Source: Betaproteobacteria bacterium Ga0077523
GTDB taxonomy: Bacteria > Pseudomonadota > Gammaproteobacteria > Burkholderiales > Ga0077523
DNA length: 64,000 nt
Direction: 5' to 3'
Assembly: GCA_001464695.1 (NCBI GenBank)
Contig: LNDQ01000098.1
Coordinates: 76,771 to 140,770 of the forward strand
Shown: in pieces, positions 37,753 to 46,300 of the stretch
Layout of the letters: every line of letters begins with the position of its first letter
Numbering within the stretch: position 1 is the first letter of the stretch
Translations under genes and position numbers: made by a program
The notes under the pieces: generated by a model
What the model was told of the DNA's origin: nothing
Seen by the model: the letters and a program-made list of their open reading frames with translations, nothing else
Database searches by the model: none

Positions 37753-39933
37753 ATGTTTCACCGCCCCCGGCGCTACGCCGCCCGCGCGTTCACGCGCCCG
37801 CTTGCCGCATCGCTGATCGCATGCACTCTTCCCGTGATCGGATCGGCTCAGGAAACCGCCGACGCGGGGCGCGCGTCGCCGGTGGTGATCACCGGCACCA
37901 GGACGGAGCAGAAGGCGTTCGACCTGCCCATGTCCATCGATCTCGTCGACAAGCAGCGCATCTCCGACGGCCAGCTCGGTGTCAACGCGTCGGAGGCACT
38001 GGTGACGGTGCCTGGCGTCGTGGCCAACAACCGGCAGAACTACGCCCAGGATCTCCAGATATCCATCCGCGGATTCGGGTCTCGATCCACCTTCGGGGTG
38101 CGTGGCATCCGACTCTACGCGGACGGTATTCCGCTCACCATGCCCGACGGGCAGGGTCAGGCGGCAAACATCGATCTCGCGACCGCGAAGAGCATCGAGG
38201 TGTTGCGGGGCCCGTTCTCATCTCTTTACGGCAACTCCTCGGGCGGTGTAATCAGCGTCTTCACCGAGGATGGGCCGCCGGACTTCACCGTGAGCCCGTA
38301 CGGCATGTACGGGTCGTTCGAGACATGGAAGGCGGGCACGAAGGTCGGCGGCACCTCGGGCAATGTGAACTACGTGTTCAACGTCTCGCGTTTCGAAACC
38401 AGCGGCTACCGCGACTGGAGCGCAGCCCAGCGCGACATGATGAACGGCAAGATCACGGTCACGCCGGACGACATCCAGAAGTTCACGCTGGTGGTGAACT
38501 ACCTGAACCAGCCCGATACCCAGGATCCGCTCGGCCTCACGGCGGCGCAGGTGGCGCAGAACCCGCGCCAGGCGGGTTCGGTCACCGCCACCCAGACCGC
38601 GGCGGACTACAAGGTGCGCAAGTCCATCGACAACGCCCAGGTCGGGGGCGTGTACGAGCGCAAGCTGTCCGAGGACGACATGATCCGGGGCCTGGTCTAT
38701 CTCGGTGATCGGCAGGTGACGCAATATCTCGGCGTGACGCCGGGCGCGCAGGCTCCGGCGAGCAGCGGTGGCGGGGTCATCGACCTCGACCGGACCTTCT
38801 GGGGTGTCGATCTGCGCTGGGTACACCGGACCAGCCTCGGTGCCAGGCCGCTGTCGTTCACCTTGGGTACGAACTACGATCGGCAGACCGAGCGGCGGCA
38901 GGGCTACAACAACTTCATCGGCCCGACGCTGGGGGTGCTCGGCGCCTTGCGGCGCGACGAGGACAACACGGTCTACAACTTCGATCAGTACGCCCAGGCC
39001 GAATGGCTGGTCTCCGATCGCTGGATACTGTCGGGCGGTGTGCGCTACAGCAACGTCACCTTCCGCAGTACCGACTACTTCATCATCCCCGGCACCAACC
39101 CGAACGACAGCGGCAGTCGCGACTTCGACCAACTGAGTCCGGTCGCGGCGGCACTGTACAAGCTGACGCCCACGGTGCACGCGTACGCGAGCTTCGGCAG
39201 GGGATTCGAGACGCCGACGTTCGCCGAGCTTGCCTACCAGACCACGACGGCGTCTGGCGCTGGCCTCAACAGCACGATTCAGGCGAACCGCACGCGCAAC
39301 TACGAGATGGGACTGAAGGCGCTCGTGGGACGGGATACGCGCCTCAACGCCGCCATCTTCCGCATCAATGCCGACAACGAGATCACCGTGCAACAGAACG
39401 TGGGTGGACGGTCGGTTTTCCAGAACGCCGGCCCCACGACGCGAACCGGCTTCGAACTGGCGGCGGACGCCCGTTTCAAGGGCGGCTTCTTCGCCTACGG
39501 CGCAGCGACCTACATCGATGCGACTTTCGACTCCTCGTTCACCACCTGCCCGCCCGCGCCGCCGTGCGCCGCGGCGAACGTTCCGGTGGCGGCAGGCAAC
39601 GCGATTCCCGGCATCCCCGGCTACACGCTGTATGGCGAATCGGGCTGGCGGGCGAGCTGGATGGAAACGGCAATCGAAGCGCGACGGTCCGATCGCGTAT
39701 TCGTGAACGACACCAACAGCGAGTTCGCTCAGGCCTATAACGTCTACAACTGGCGCATCAGCTTCCGCCAGGAAGTCGGCAAGGTCCGCTTCACCGAGTT
39801 CTTCCGCATCGACAACTTGCTCGACACCGCATACGTGGGCTCGGTCATCGTCAACGGCGCGAACGGCCGTTTCTACGAACCCTCGCCGGGACGTGCCTTC
39901 TACGTCGGGGCGAGCGCCGCGATCACGTTCTGA
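37753..39933 (+). CDS. TonB-dependent receptor, YncD/PqqU-like (candidate PQQ importer)
   Basis: 726 aa with a signal peptide. Plug motifs NRQNYAQDLQISIRGFGSRSTFGVRGIRLYADGIPLTMPDGQGQ and C-terminus [33 protein letters not shown]. From memory these resemble E. coli YncD; this has not been checked by alignment. Confidence 0.85.
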   Translation: MFHRPRRYAARAFTRPLAASLIACTLPVIGSAQETADAGRASPVVITGTRTEQKAFDLPMSIDLVDKQRISDGQLGVNASEALVTVPGVVANNRQNYAQDLQISIRGFGSRSTFGVRGIRLYADGIPLTMPDGQGQAANIDLATAKSIEVLRGPFSSLYGNSSGGVISVFTEDGPPDFTVSPYGMYGSFETWKAGTKVGGTSGNVNYVFNVSRFETSGYRDWSAAQRDMMNGKITVTPDDIQKFTLVVNYLNQPDTQDPLGLTAAQVAQNPRQAGSVTATQTAADYKVRKSIDNAQVGGVYERKLSEDDMIRGLVYLGDRQVTQYLGVTPGAQAPASSGGGVIDLDRTFWGVDLRWVHRTSLGARPLSFTLGTNYDRQTERRQGYNNFIGPTLGVLGALRRDEDNTVYNFDQYAQAEWLVSDRWILSGGVRYSNVTFRSTDYFIIPGTNPNDSGSRDFDQLSPVAAALYKLTPTVHAYASFGRGFETPTFAELAYQTTTASGAGLNSTIQANRTRNYEMGLKALVGRDTRLNAAIFRINADNEITVQQNVGGRSVFQNAGPTTRTGFELAADARFKGGFFAYGAATYIDATFDSSFTTCPPAPPCAAANVPVAAGNAIPGIPGYTLYGESGWRASWMETAIEARRSDRVFVNDTNSEFAQAYNVYNWRISFRQEVGKVRFTEFFRIDNLLDTAYVGSVIVNGANGRFYEPSPGRAFYVGASAAITF

Positions 39934-40993
39934 AGCGAGGCGTGTTCCCCGCCTCGGCGGGGAACACGATGACGTGCGCAGTGTCGAGCCGGATACCGAT
40001 GGGTGTGCCGGTCGGATGGTCATGATGGCTCGGCACCAGTGCTGTCACGGTCGCGCCGCTGGCGAGTTGCAGCGAATAGAGGATCTCGGCACCGCGGAAG
40101 GCCTTCGACATCACCACGGCCTTGCACGGGGCCGCATCATCGTGCACCACGTCGTCGGGACGCAGCAGCACGTCCAGGGGTTGCCCGTCAGCAGCAGACC
40201 GCGGCAGGTGTACTTCGCCCGTCAGCAGTCCCAGTTCCGTTTCGATGCCAGCGTGGGTACGTCGGCCCGGCACGAACGCGCCCTCGCCGATGAAGTCGGC
40301 TACGAAACGGGTGGCGGGTCGATGGTACAGATCGTAGGGGGCGGCCCATTGCTCGATACGACCCTCGTGTACGACGCCGATGATGTCGGCGAAAGCGAAT
40401 GCTTCGTGCTGGTCGTGTGTCACTAGTATCGCGGTCGTGCCTTCGCGCAGCAGGATCTGCCGCACTTCGCCGGCCAGGCGTTCTCTCAGATCGACGTCGA
40501 GGCTCGAAAACGGCTCATCGAGCAGCACCAGGCGCGGGCGCGGTGCGAGCGCGCGCGCGAGGGCCACGCGCTGTTGCTGGCCGCCGGAAAGTTGGTGCGG
40601 ATAGCGTTGACCGAGTCCGGCGAGGCCGGTGAGTTCGAGCAGCTCGGCAACGCGTGAAGCGCGCGCGACCTTCGCAAGGCCGAACCCGATATTGGCTGCC
40701 ACGTCGAGATGGGGAAACAGGGCGAAGTCCTGGAACACCATGCCCATGTGCCGGTGCTCGGGCGCGACGACGCCGTCACGCGACGAGATCACCACGCCTT
40801 CGAGCGCGATGCTCCCCGCTTCGGGGTTTTCGAAACCGGCGATCAGGCGCAGCAGCGTGGTCTTGCCGCAGCCGGAGGGGCCGAGCAGGCAGGCGATGCC
40901 GCCGGCGTGGAGATCGAAGCTCGCTTCCCGCACCACGGGCCGGGCGCCGTAGCGATGGGTAAGGCCGGCGAGTTGCAGGAGAGGCGGGGACAC
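39923..40993 (-). CDS. fbpC: Fe(3+)/polyamine-type ABC importer ATP-binding protein
   Basis: [31 protein letters not shown] and a TOBE-like C-terminus. GTG start. Confidence 0.85.
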   Translation of the reverse strand: MSPPLLQLAGLTHRYGARPVVREASFDLHAGGIACLLGPSGCGKTTLLRLIAGFENPEAGSIALEGVVISSRDGVVAPEHRHMGMVFQDFALFPHLDVAANIGFGLAKVARASRVAELLELTGLAGLGQRYPHQLSGGQQQRVALARALAPRPRLVLLDEPFSSLDVDLRERLAGEVRQILLREGTTAILVTHDQHEAFAFADIIGVVHEGRIEQWAAPYDLYHRPATRFVADFIGEGAFVPGRRTHAGIETELGLLTGEVHLPRSAADGQPLDVLLRPDDVVHDDAAPCKAVVMSKAFRGAEILYSLQLASGATVTALVPSHHDHPTGTPIGIRLDTAHVIVFPAEAGNTPRFRT

Positions 40994-41030
40994 GGGCCGG
41001 GATTATAGGTGGTGCGTAGAATCGCAGCCC

Positions 41031-42689
41031 ATGTCCGCAATCGCCATGAGCACCCGGATGCCGTCGACGTCGTCGCGAACCGTCGTCGTTGCCACGACCC
41101 TTCTGGGGTTGTTGATTGCGTTGCCGTTGATCGGGTTGTCGGCGAGCCTCTTCGCGCCCGGTGCGGGCGCTTCGTGGTCGCATCTTGCCGAGACCGGGCT
41201 GCCCGGCTATGCGCGCTCGAGCGCCGTGCTGGCGCTGTTCGTGGCGATGGGCGCTGCGATCGTGGGTGCCGGCACGGCGTGGCTCACGGCGGCGTATCGC
41301 TTTCCCGGCTCTCGCTTGTGGTCGTGGGCGCTCGTCCTGCCGCTGGCGGTACCGTCCTATGTGATCGCCTACGCCTACACCGACCTGCTGCAGTTCGCCG
41401 GGCCGGTACAGAGCTGGATTCGCGCGACCTGGGATCTGCGTGCGCGCGAGTACTGGTTTCCGGATATTCGTTCCCTCGGCGGTGCTGCCGTCGTGTTCAC
41501 GCTGGTGCTGGCGCCGTACGTGTACCTGCCGGTGCGCGCCGCCTTCGCGGAAATGCCGGCCAGCCTGGGTGAGGCGGCGCGGCTCGCGGGGGTGCGGCCG
41601 CTGCTCGCGTTCCTCAAGGTGGAGTTACCGCTGGCATGGCCAGCGCTCGCGGCTGGTCTCGCCCTCGTCGTCATGGAAACACTCGCCGATTTCGGGGCCG
41701 TCTCCTATTTTGCCGTCGACACCTTCACCGTAGGCATCTACAAGGCCTGGCTGGGACTCGGCGATCGCACGGCTGCGGCACAATTGGCTTTGGTGCTGCT
41801 CGGGTTCGTGGTGGTGCTGGTGGTGATCGAGCGAGTCGTGCGCGGTGCGCGGCGGTTCTCCGTGCGGGGCACCACGGCACCTCGGCGCGTGCGCCCGTTG
41901 CGCGGCTGGCACGCCTGGGCTGCCACCATGGTCTGTGCACTGCCGGTTGCGCTCGGGTTTGTCTTGCCGGTCGTAGTGCTGGCGCAGCTTGCCTGGCGCG
42001 ATGTCGAAGCGCACGCCTGGTCGCGCTTCGCCGCCATGGTGGGGGCAAGCTTGCAGGTGTCGATCGCGGCGGCGGTGATCACCGTTGGCGTCGCGCTTGC
42101 CTTGACCTATGCGGTGCGCCTTACGCGCAGCCCTTGGTTGAACGGCATCAGCGGCTTCGCGGCATTCGGATATGCGGTGCCCGGTGCCGTGCTGGCCATC
42201 GGCATCCTCATTCCGCTCGCCAGGTTCGACAACGTTCTCGCCACCGCGCTCGAGTTGCATTTCGGCGTCAATCCCGGATTGCTGCTGACCGGCAGTGTTG
42301 CCGCGCTGCTCTACGCCTACGTGGTGCGATTTCTCGCCGTCGGCCTCAACAATGTGCAAAGCGGCTTCGCGCGTATCACGCCGCACATGGACGAAGCCGC
42401 GCGCAGCCTCGGTTGCGGCCCCTGGTCGCTGCTGCGGCGCGTGCATGTCCCGCTGCTTGCGAGAAGTCTCGCTGTCGCAGCATTGCTCGTCTTCGTCGAT
42501 GCGCTCAAGGAACTGCCGGCCACTCTCGCGCTGCGGCCCTTCAACTTCGACACGCTGGCGACCCAGGCCTACAACTTCGCCAAGGACGAGCGCCTCGGCG
42601 AAGCGGCGCTGCCCAGTCTCGTCATCGTGGCCGTGGCGCTGCTGCCGGTGCTCTTGACCACGCGCGCCCTCGCGTCGCGCCGGACCTGA
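41031..42689 (+). CDS. fbpB: iron(III) ABC transporter permease (duplicated MetI-like domains)
   Basis: 552 aa, about 12 TM segments, two EAA-type loops (EAARLAGV, EAARSLGC). Confidence 0.85.
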   Translation: MSAIAMSTRMPSTSSRTVVVATTLLGLLIALPLIGLSASLFAPGAGASWSHLAETGLPGYARSSAVLALFVAMGAAIVGAGTAWLTAAYRFPGSRLWSWALVLPLAVPSYVIAYAYTDLLQFAGPVQSWIRATWDLRAREYWFPDIRSLGGAAVVFTLVLAPYVYLPVRAAFAEMPASLGEAARLAGVRPLLAFLKVELPLAWPALAAGLALVVMETLADFGAVSYFAVDTFTVGIYKAWLGLGDRTAAAQLALVLLGFVVVLVVIERVVRGARRFSVRGTTAPRRVRPLRGWHAWAATMVCALPVALGFVLPVVVLAQLAWRDVEAHAWSRFAAMVGASLQVSIAAAVITVGVALALTYAVRLTRSPWLNGISGFAAFGYAVPGAVLAIGILIPLARFDNVLATALELHFGVNPGLLLTGSVAALLYAYVVRFLAVGLNNVQSGFARITPHMDEAARSLGCGPWSLLRRVHVPLLARSLAVAALLVFVDALKELPATLALRPFNFDTLATQAYNFAKDERLGEAALPSLVIVAVALLPVLLTTRALASRRT

Positions 42690-42692
42690 CCA

Positions 42693-43709
42693 TCACCGCC
42701 ATCCGGCGCGATCGGCGAGCTTCTGCGCAGCCGGCGTGCGGGTCGCGATCTCCGCGATGGGCAGCGCATCGGCCTTGAACTTGCCGAGCGACTCCAGCTC
42801 CGGATTCTTCGCGACGGCGGTCTTCACCACGGGCCATTCGTTGTTGCCGTTGGCGAAATAGGCCTGCGCTTCGTCGCTCGCAAGGTACTCGAGGAACGTC
42901 AACGCGGCTTCCTTGTTCGGTGCGTTCTTGAGCACGCCGCCGCCGGAGACGTTCATGTGCGTACCCCAGCTCGCCTGGTTCGGCCACACCAGCGTGACCT
43001 TCTCCGCGATCGCGCGGTCCTCCGGTTTCTTCGAGCGCATGAGGCGCACGAAATAGTAGGAGTTGGTGAGCGCGATGCCGCATTCGCCCGAGGCCACACC
43101 CTTGATCTGATCGGTGTCGCCGCCGCGCGGCGGCCGCGCCATGTTGCCGACCACGGCCCGGGCCCATTCCTCCGCTTTCTGTTCACCGTCGTGGGCGATG
43201 ACCGAAGCGATGAGCGAGAGCATGTACGGATGGCTGCCGGGCCGAGTGCAGACCTTGCCCTTGTTGACGGGCAGGGCGAGATCCTCGTAGCGCTGCACGT
43301 CGGCAGCGTTCACGGCCGCCTTGTCGTAAACGATGACCCTGGCGCGGCTGGAAAACGCAAACCACGTGTCGTTCGCGCTGCGCAAGTCTTTCGGAATGCG
43401 GCTCCCGAGCACTGCGGATTTCACCGGCGCGAACAGTCCCGACTGATCGGCCGCGTAGAGGCGCGAGGCGTCCACGATGAGTAGGACGTCCGCAGGACTG
43501 TTCGCGCCCTCGTTGCGAACCCGTTCGAGCAACGCTTCGTCACCCGCTTCGATGCGATTCACCTTGATGCCGGTCGCCTTGGTGAAGTTTGCGTACAGCG
43601 CTTCGTCGGTGTCGTAGTGGCGTGCGGTGTAGAGATTGAGGACCTTGTCGTCCTGGGCGCAGGCGGTGCCGGCGATGATGGCGAGAGGGAAGAGAAGAGC
43701 GCGAAGCAT
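42693..43709 (-). CDS. fbpA: Fe(3+) ABC transporter substrate-binding protein
   Basis: Signal peptide MLRALLFPLAIIAGTACA, then LNLYTARHYDTDEALY and NSYYF. Trimmed from ORF 42693..43757. Confidence 0.85.
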   Translation of the reverse strand: MLRALLFPLAIIAGTACAQDDKVLNLYTARHYDTDEALYANFTKATGIKVNRIEAGDEALLERVRNEGANSPADVLLIVDASRLYAADQSGLFAPVKSAVLGSRIPKDLRSANDTWFAFSSRARVIVYDKAAVNAADVQRYEDLALPVNKGKVCTRPGSHPYMLSLIASVIAHDGEQKAEEWARAVVGNMARPPRGGDTDQIKGVASGECGIALTNSYYFVRLMRSKKPEDRAIAEKVTLVWPNQASWGTHMNVSGGGVLKNAPNKEAALTFLEYLASDEAQAYFANGNNEWPVVKTAVAKNPELESLGKFKADALPIAEIATRTPAAQKLADRAGWR

Positions 43710-43734
43710 GGTGATCCTTGAACGAGAAAAAGGG

Positions 43735-45663
43735 TCAGGCGGACCGGGCGGACGCACGCGATGTGTGGACGTAGGTGCCGATGATGACTGCGAGGAGCAC
43801 GAACTGCAGCACCAACCCCTGAATGTTGGGGTAGATGCCGAGCACCGGCAGGCTCGGGAACGCGACCGGATCGCTCGGCAGCTTGCCCGCGGCCTGCAGC
43901 GCGGCGACGCCCTGGCCGGCGAAGACGACGGCCATCAGGGCGAGCAGGACTGAACTCGCGCCGAAGAACACGCCAAGCGGCAACTTCGCACTGAAGCGCA
44001 CGATGATGAGCGCCAGTGCGACGAGCACCGCGCACCCGGTGGCGAAGCCTGCCAGCACTGCTGTGGCACCGCCCTGTGCGATCAGCGCCTGGTAGAACAG
44101 AACCGTCTCGAACACCTCGCGGTAGACCGCCAGAAAGGAGATCGCGGCGAGCCCCCACAACGTGCCGCGACCCAGTGCGCCGGAAACCTGCGACTTGATG
44201 AAGGCACTCCAGCGCTGACCGGCGCTCTTCGAATGCAACCAGAAGCCCACGTACAACAGCATCGCGGCGGCGATCAGGGCGGTGATGCCCTCGGTGACTT
44301 CGCGCTGCGCACCGCTCACTTCGATCAGCACGGTCGCGATCCACCAGGTGAGTGCGCCGAGCGCCAGGGCGCCGACCCATCCGCCGTGCAGCCATTTGAG
44401 TCCTTCGCTGCGGCCCGTGCGACGCAGGAACGCGGCCATGCCCGCGAGTACGAGAATCGCCTCGAGCCCTTCGCGCACGATGATGATGAAAGCCGAGGCG
44501 AACTGCGCCTGGGGCGATACCTCGCTGCTGGCCAGGCGTTCCTTGGCGTCGTGGAGCAGGCGTTGCAGTTCGGTGTGGCGCGCTTGCACCGTCGCAGGTG
44601 GTGCATTTGCCTTCACCTCATTGCGATAGTCGAGCATCGCGGCTTCGATGCGTGGACGCAGCGCCCGGTCGACGCTGTCCAGCTTTGCTTCGGCGAGTTC
44701 GAAGCCCTCGAGATAGGCGCTCACCGCTAGGTCGTAGGCGTGCTTGGCATCACCGGCCTGATATGCCGACAGGCTCTGCGACAACGCCTTCAAGCTGAAA
44801 TCGAGGGGCGAATTGCCGGTGGGCTCCGATGCGGCGGGATTCGATCGCAGGTAGGCGAGCACGGCCGCCGCGTCGCCGCCCCCCCGTGCCGTGGCTTCCT
44901 GGGGTGTCGTGAGCACCACCTCGGAGGTGGACTTGAACCAGTCGCGGCCCTTGCCGCCAGCCCACAGGGCGGCGCCCGCGTTGCGCTGCGGATCATCCGA
45001 TACGAAGCCGCTCACGTGGAAGGCGAGGGCCCAGCGCTGCGCGTCGTCGAGGTCGGTGAAGGCCGCCATGCTCGTCCCTTCGACCCCGAGACTGATGGTG
45101 CCGTACAGGCCATGCACGTTGCGCCGCGCCTGGCGCGAGGCATCGCGGAAGTTCGTCGGTCTGGGATCCAGTGTCACAGCCGCTGGCCCGTCGCCGCGGC
45201 CGGTTTCGCCGTGGCAGGAAGCGCAGCGTGATTGATACAGCGTTGTGGCCTCTGACAACGGAGCCACCTTGCGCGGGGCGACCTGCAAGCCATACGTCTC
45301 GATCAGCGCGAGCTTGAGCGCACTGGCGACCGCCGCGACCCGCGCACCATCGGCGCGGGCCTTGATTGCATCCGAGAGGGCCTGGGCCTGTTCGATCAGC
45401 GTCGCGCGGCTCGGGTGATCCGGAAGCTTCGCGATCAGGGACTGCGCGTTGGCCGAAAACTCCACCTGCTCGGCGTACTCGGTTTCATCGACGACTTTCC
45501 CGCCGACCACGAACTGCGGGTATTCGACCGTGACGTAGTCCAGCAGATGCAGCACGGCCTGGCCGTCGTCCGCTGCGACGGCCGGCCCTGGGCCGGTCAG
45601 CGTCATCAGGGAGGCAAATGCTGCCACCGCGCAGCGGTACAGAACGGATACGGGAATCTGCAT
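43735..45663 (-). CDS. cytochrome c / FTR1-family iron permease fusion
   Basis: Signal peptide, CASCHG haem c motif, then a polytopic C-terminus with the REGLE motif (IIIVREGLEAILVLAG). Confidence 0.85.
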   Translation of the reverse strand: MQIPVSVLYRCAVAAFASLMTLTGPGPAVAADDGQAVLHLLDYVTVEYPQFVVGGKVVDETEYAEQVEFSANAQSLIAKLPDHPSRATLIEQAQALSDAIKARADGARVAAVASALKLALIETYGLQVAPRKVAPLSEATTLYQSRCASCHGETGRGDGPAAVTLDPRPTNFRDASRQARRNVHGLYGTISLGVEGTSMAAFTDLDDAQRWALAFHVSGFVSDDPQRNAGAALWAGGKGRDWFKSTSEVVLTTPQEATARGGGDAAAVLAYLRSNPAASEPTGNSPLDFSLKALSQSLSAYQAGDAKHAYDLAVSAYLEGFELAEAKLDSVDRALRPRIEAAMLDYRNEVKANAPPATVQARHTELQRLLHDAKERLASSEVSPQAQFASAFIIIVREGLEAILVLAGMAAFLRRTGRSEGLKWLHGGWVGALALGALTWWIATVLIEVSGAQREVTEGITALIAAAMLLYVGFWLHSKSAGQRWSAFIKSQVSGALGRGTLWGLAAISFLAVYREVFETVLFYQALIAQGGATAVLAGFATGCAVLVALALIIVRFSAKLPLGVFFGASSVLLALMAVVFAGQGVAALQAAGKLPSDPVAFPSLPVLGIYPNIQGLVLQFVLLAVIIGTYVHTSRASARSA

Positions 45664-45810
45664 CGGGGGGAGATGTCGGGGCAGAAGGGCGCGATTGTAG
45701 CTGCACGTGAGTCGGAGACCAACGGTGAGCTCAAAAGGTTCATGCGTAATTTCAGGGACCTACAGCACCTGTTGAGATTCCCCTGCGGGATAGTGCGCTC
45801 GACTTGACTA

Positions 45811-45829
45811 TATAATGCGAATCATTATC
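45811..45829. promoter_or_regulatory. Fur box overlapping a sigma-70 promoter (TTGACT-N16-TATCAT) for the DUF2325 gene
   Basis: TATAATGCGAATCATTATC matches GATAATGATAATCATTATC at 16 of 19 positions. Confidence 0.75.
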
Positions 45830-45905
45830 ATTACGAAATGCAATGTGATGCGAAGCCAGTGCAAGCCAGCCATCGCGACGACTGCAGGACTTCACGGAGA
45901 TCGAG

Positions 45906-46238
45906 ATGAACGCAATGCTTGTGGGCGCAGATCGGCTCGGGAATATTCCGGAGCGCTTGGCAACCTTCGGTATCACCATCACGCGCCACGTTTCCGGGCG
46001 CAACGCGACCCATCAACGGCGGTTGCCCACGCTGCCAAAGGATATCGACCTGCTGATCCTCTTCACCGATTTCCTCGGACACAACGTGATGAAGAGCTTC
46101 CGCAGCCAGGCGCAGGCCGACGGGGTGCAGGTGGTGGCATGCCGGCGCTCTGCCAGCTGCCTCACCGAGGAACTCGAGCGCTGCTTGACGCCGGCAGAGG
46201 CGTGCGAGGCTTGTCCCCGGCGGTCCGCATCCAACTGA
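45906..46238 (+). CDS. DUF2325-like small protein with a Cys-rich tail
   Basis: 110 aa. MLVGADRLGNIP...DLLILFTDFLGHNVMKSFR...VVACRRSASCL matches my recollection of DUF2325. The tail is C-x7-C-x6-C-x2-C. Confidence 0.7.
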   Translation: MNAMLVGADRLGNIPERLATFGITITRHVSGRNATHQRRLPTLPKDIDLLILFTDFLGHNVMKSFRSQAQADGVQVVACRRSASCLTEELERCLTPAEACEACPRRSASN

Positions 46239-46300
46239 AGTAAGGCGTTGGCCCGGGCGACGCCGCGCGACGGCGACACCCCCCGGGCTCGAGTACCGCT

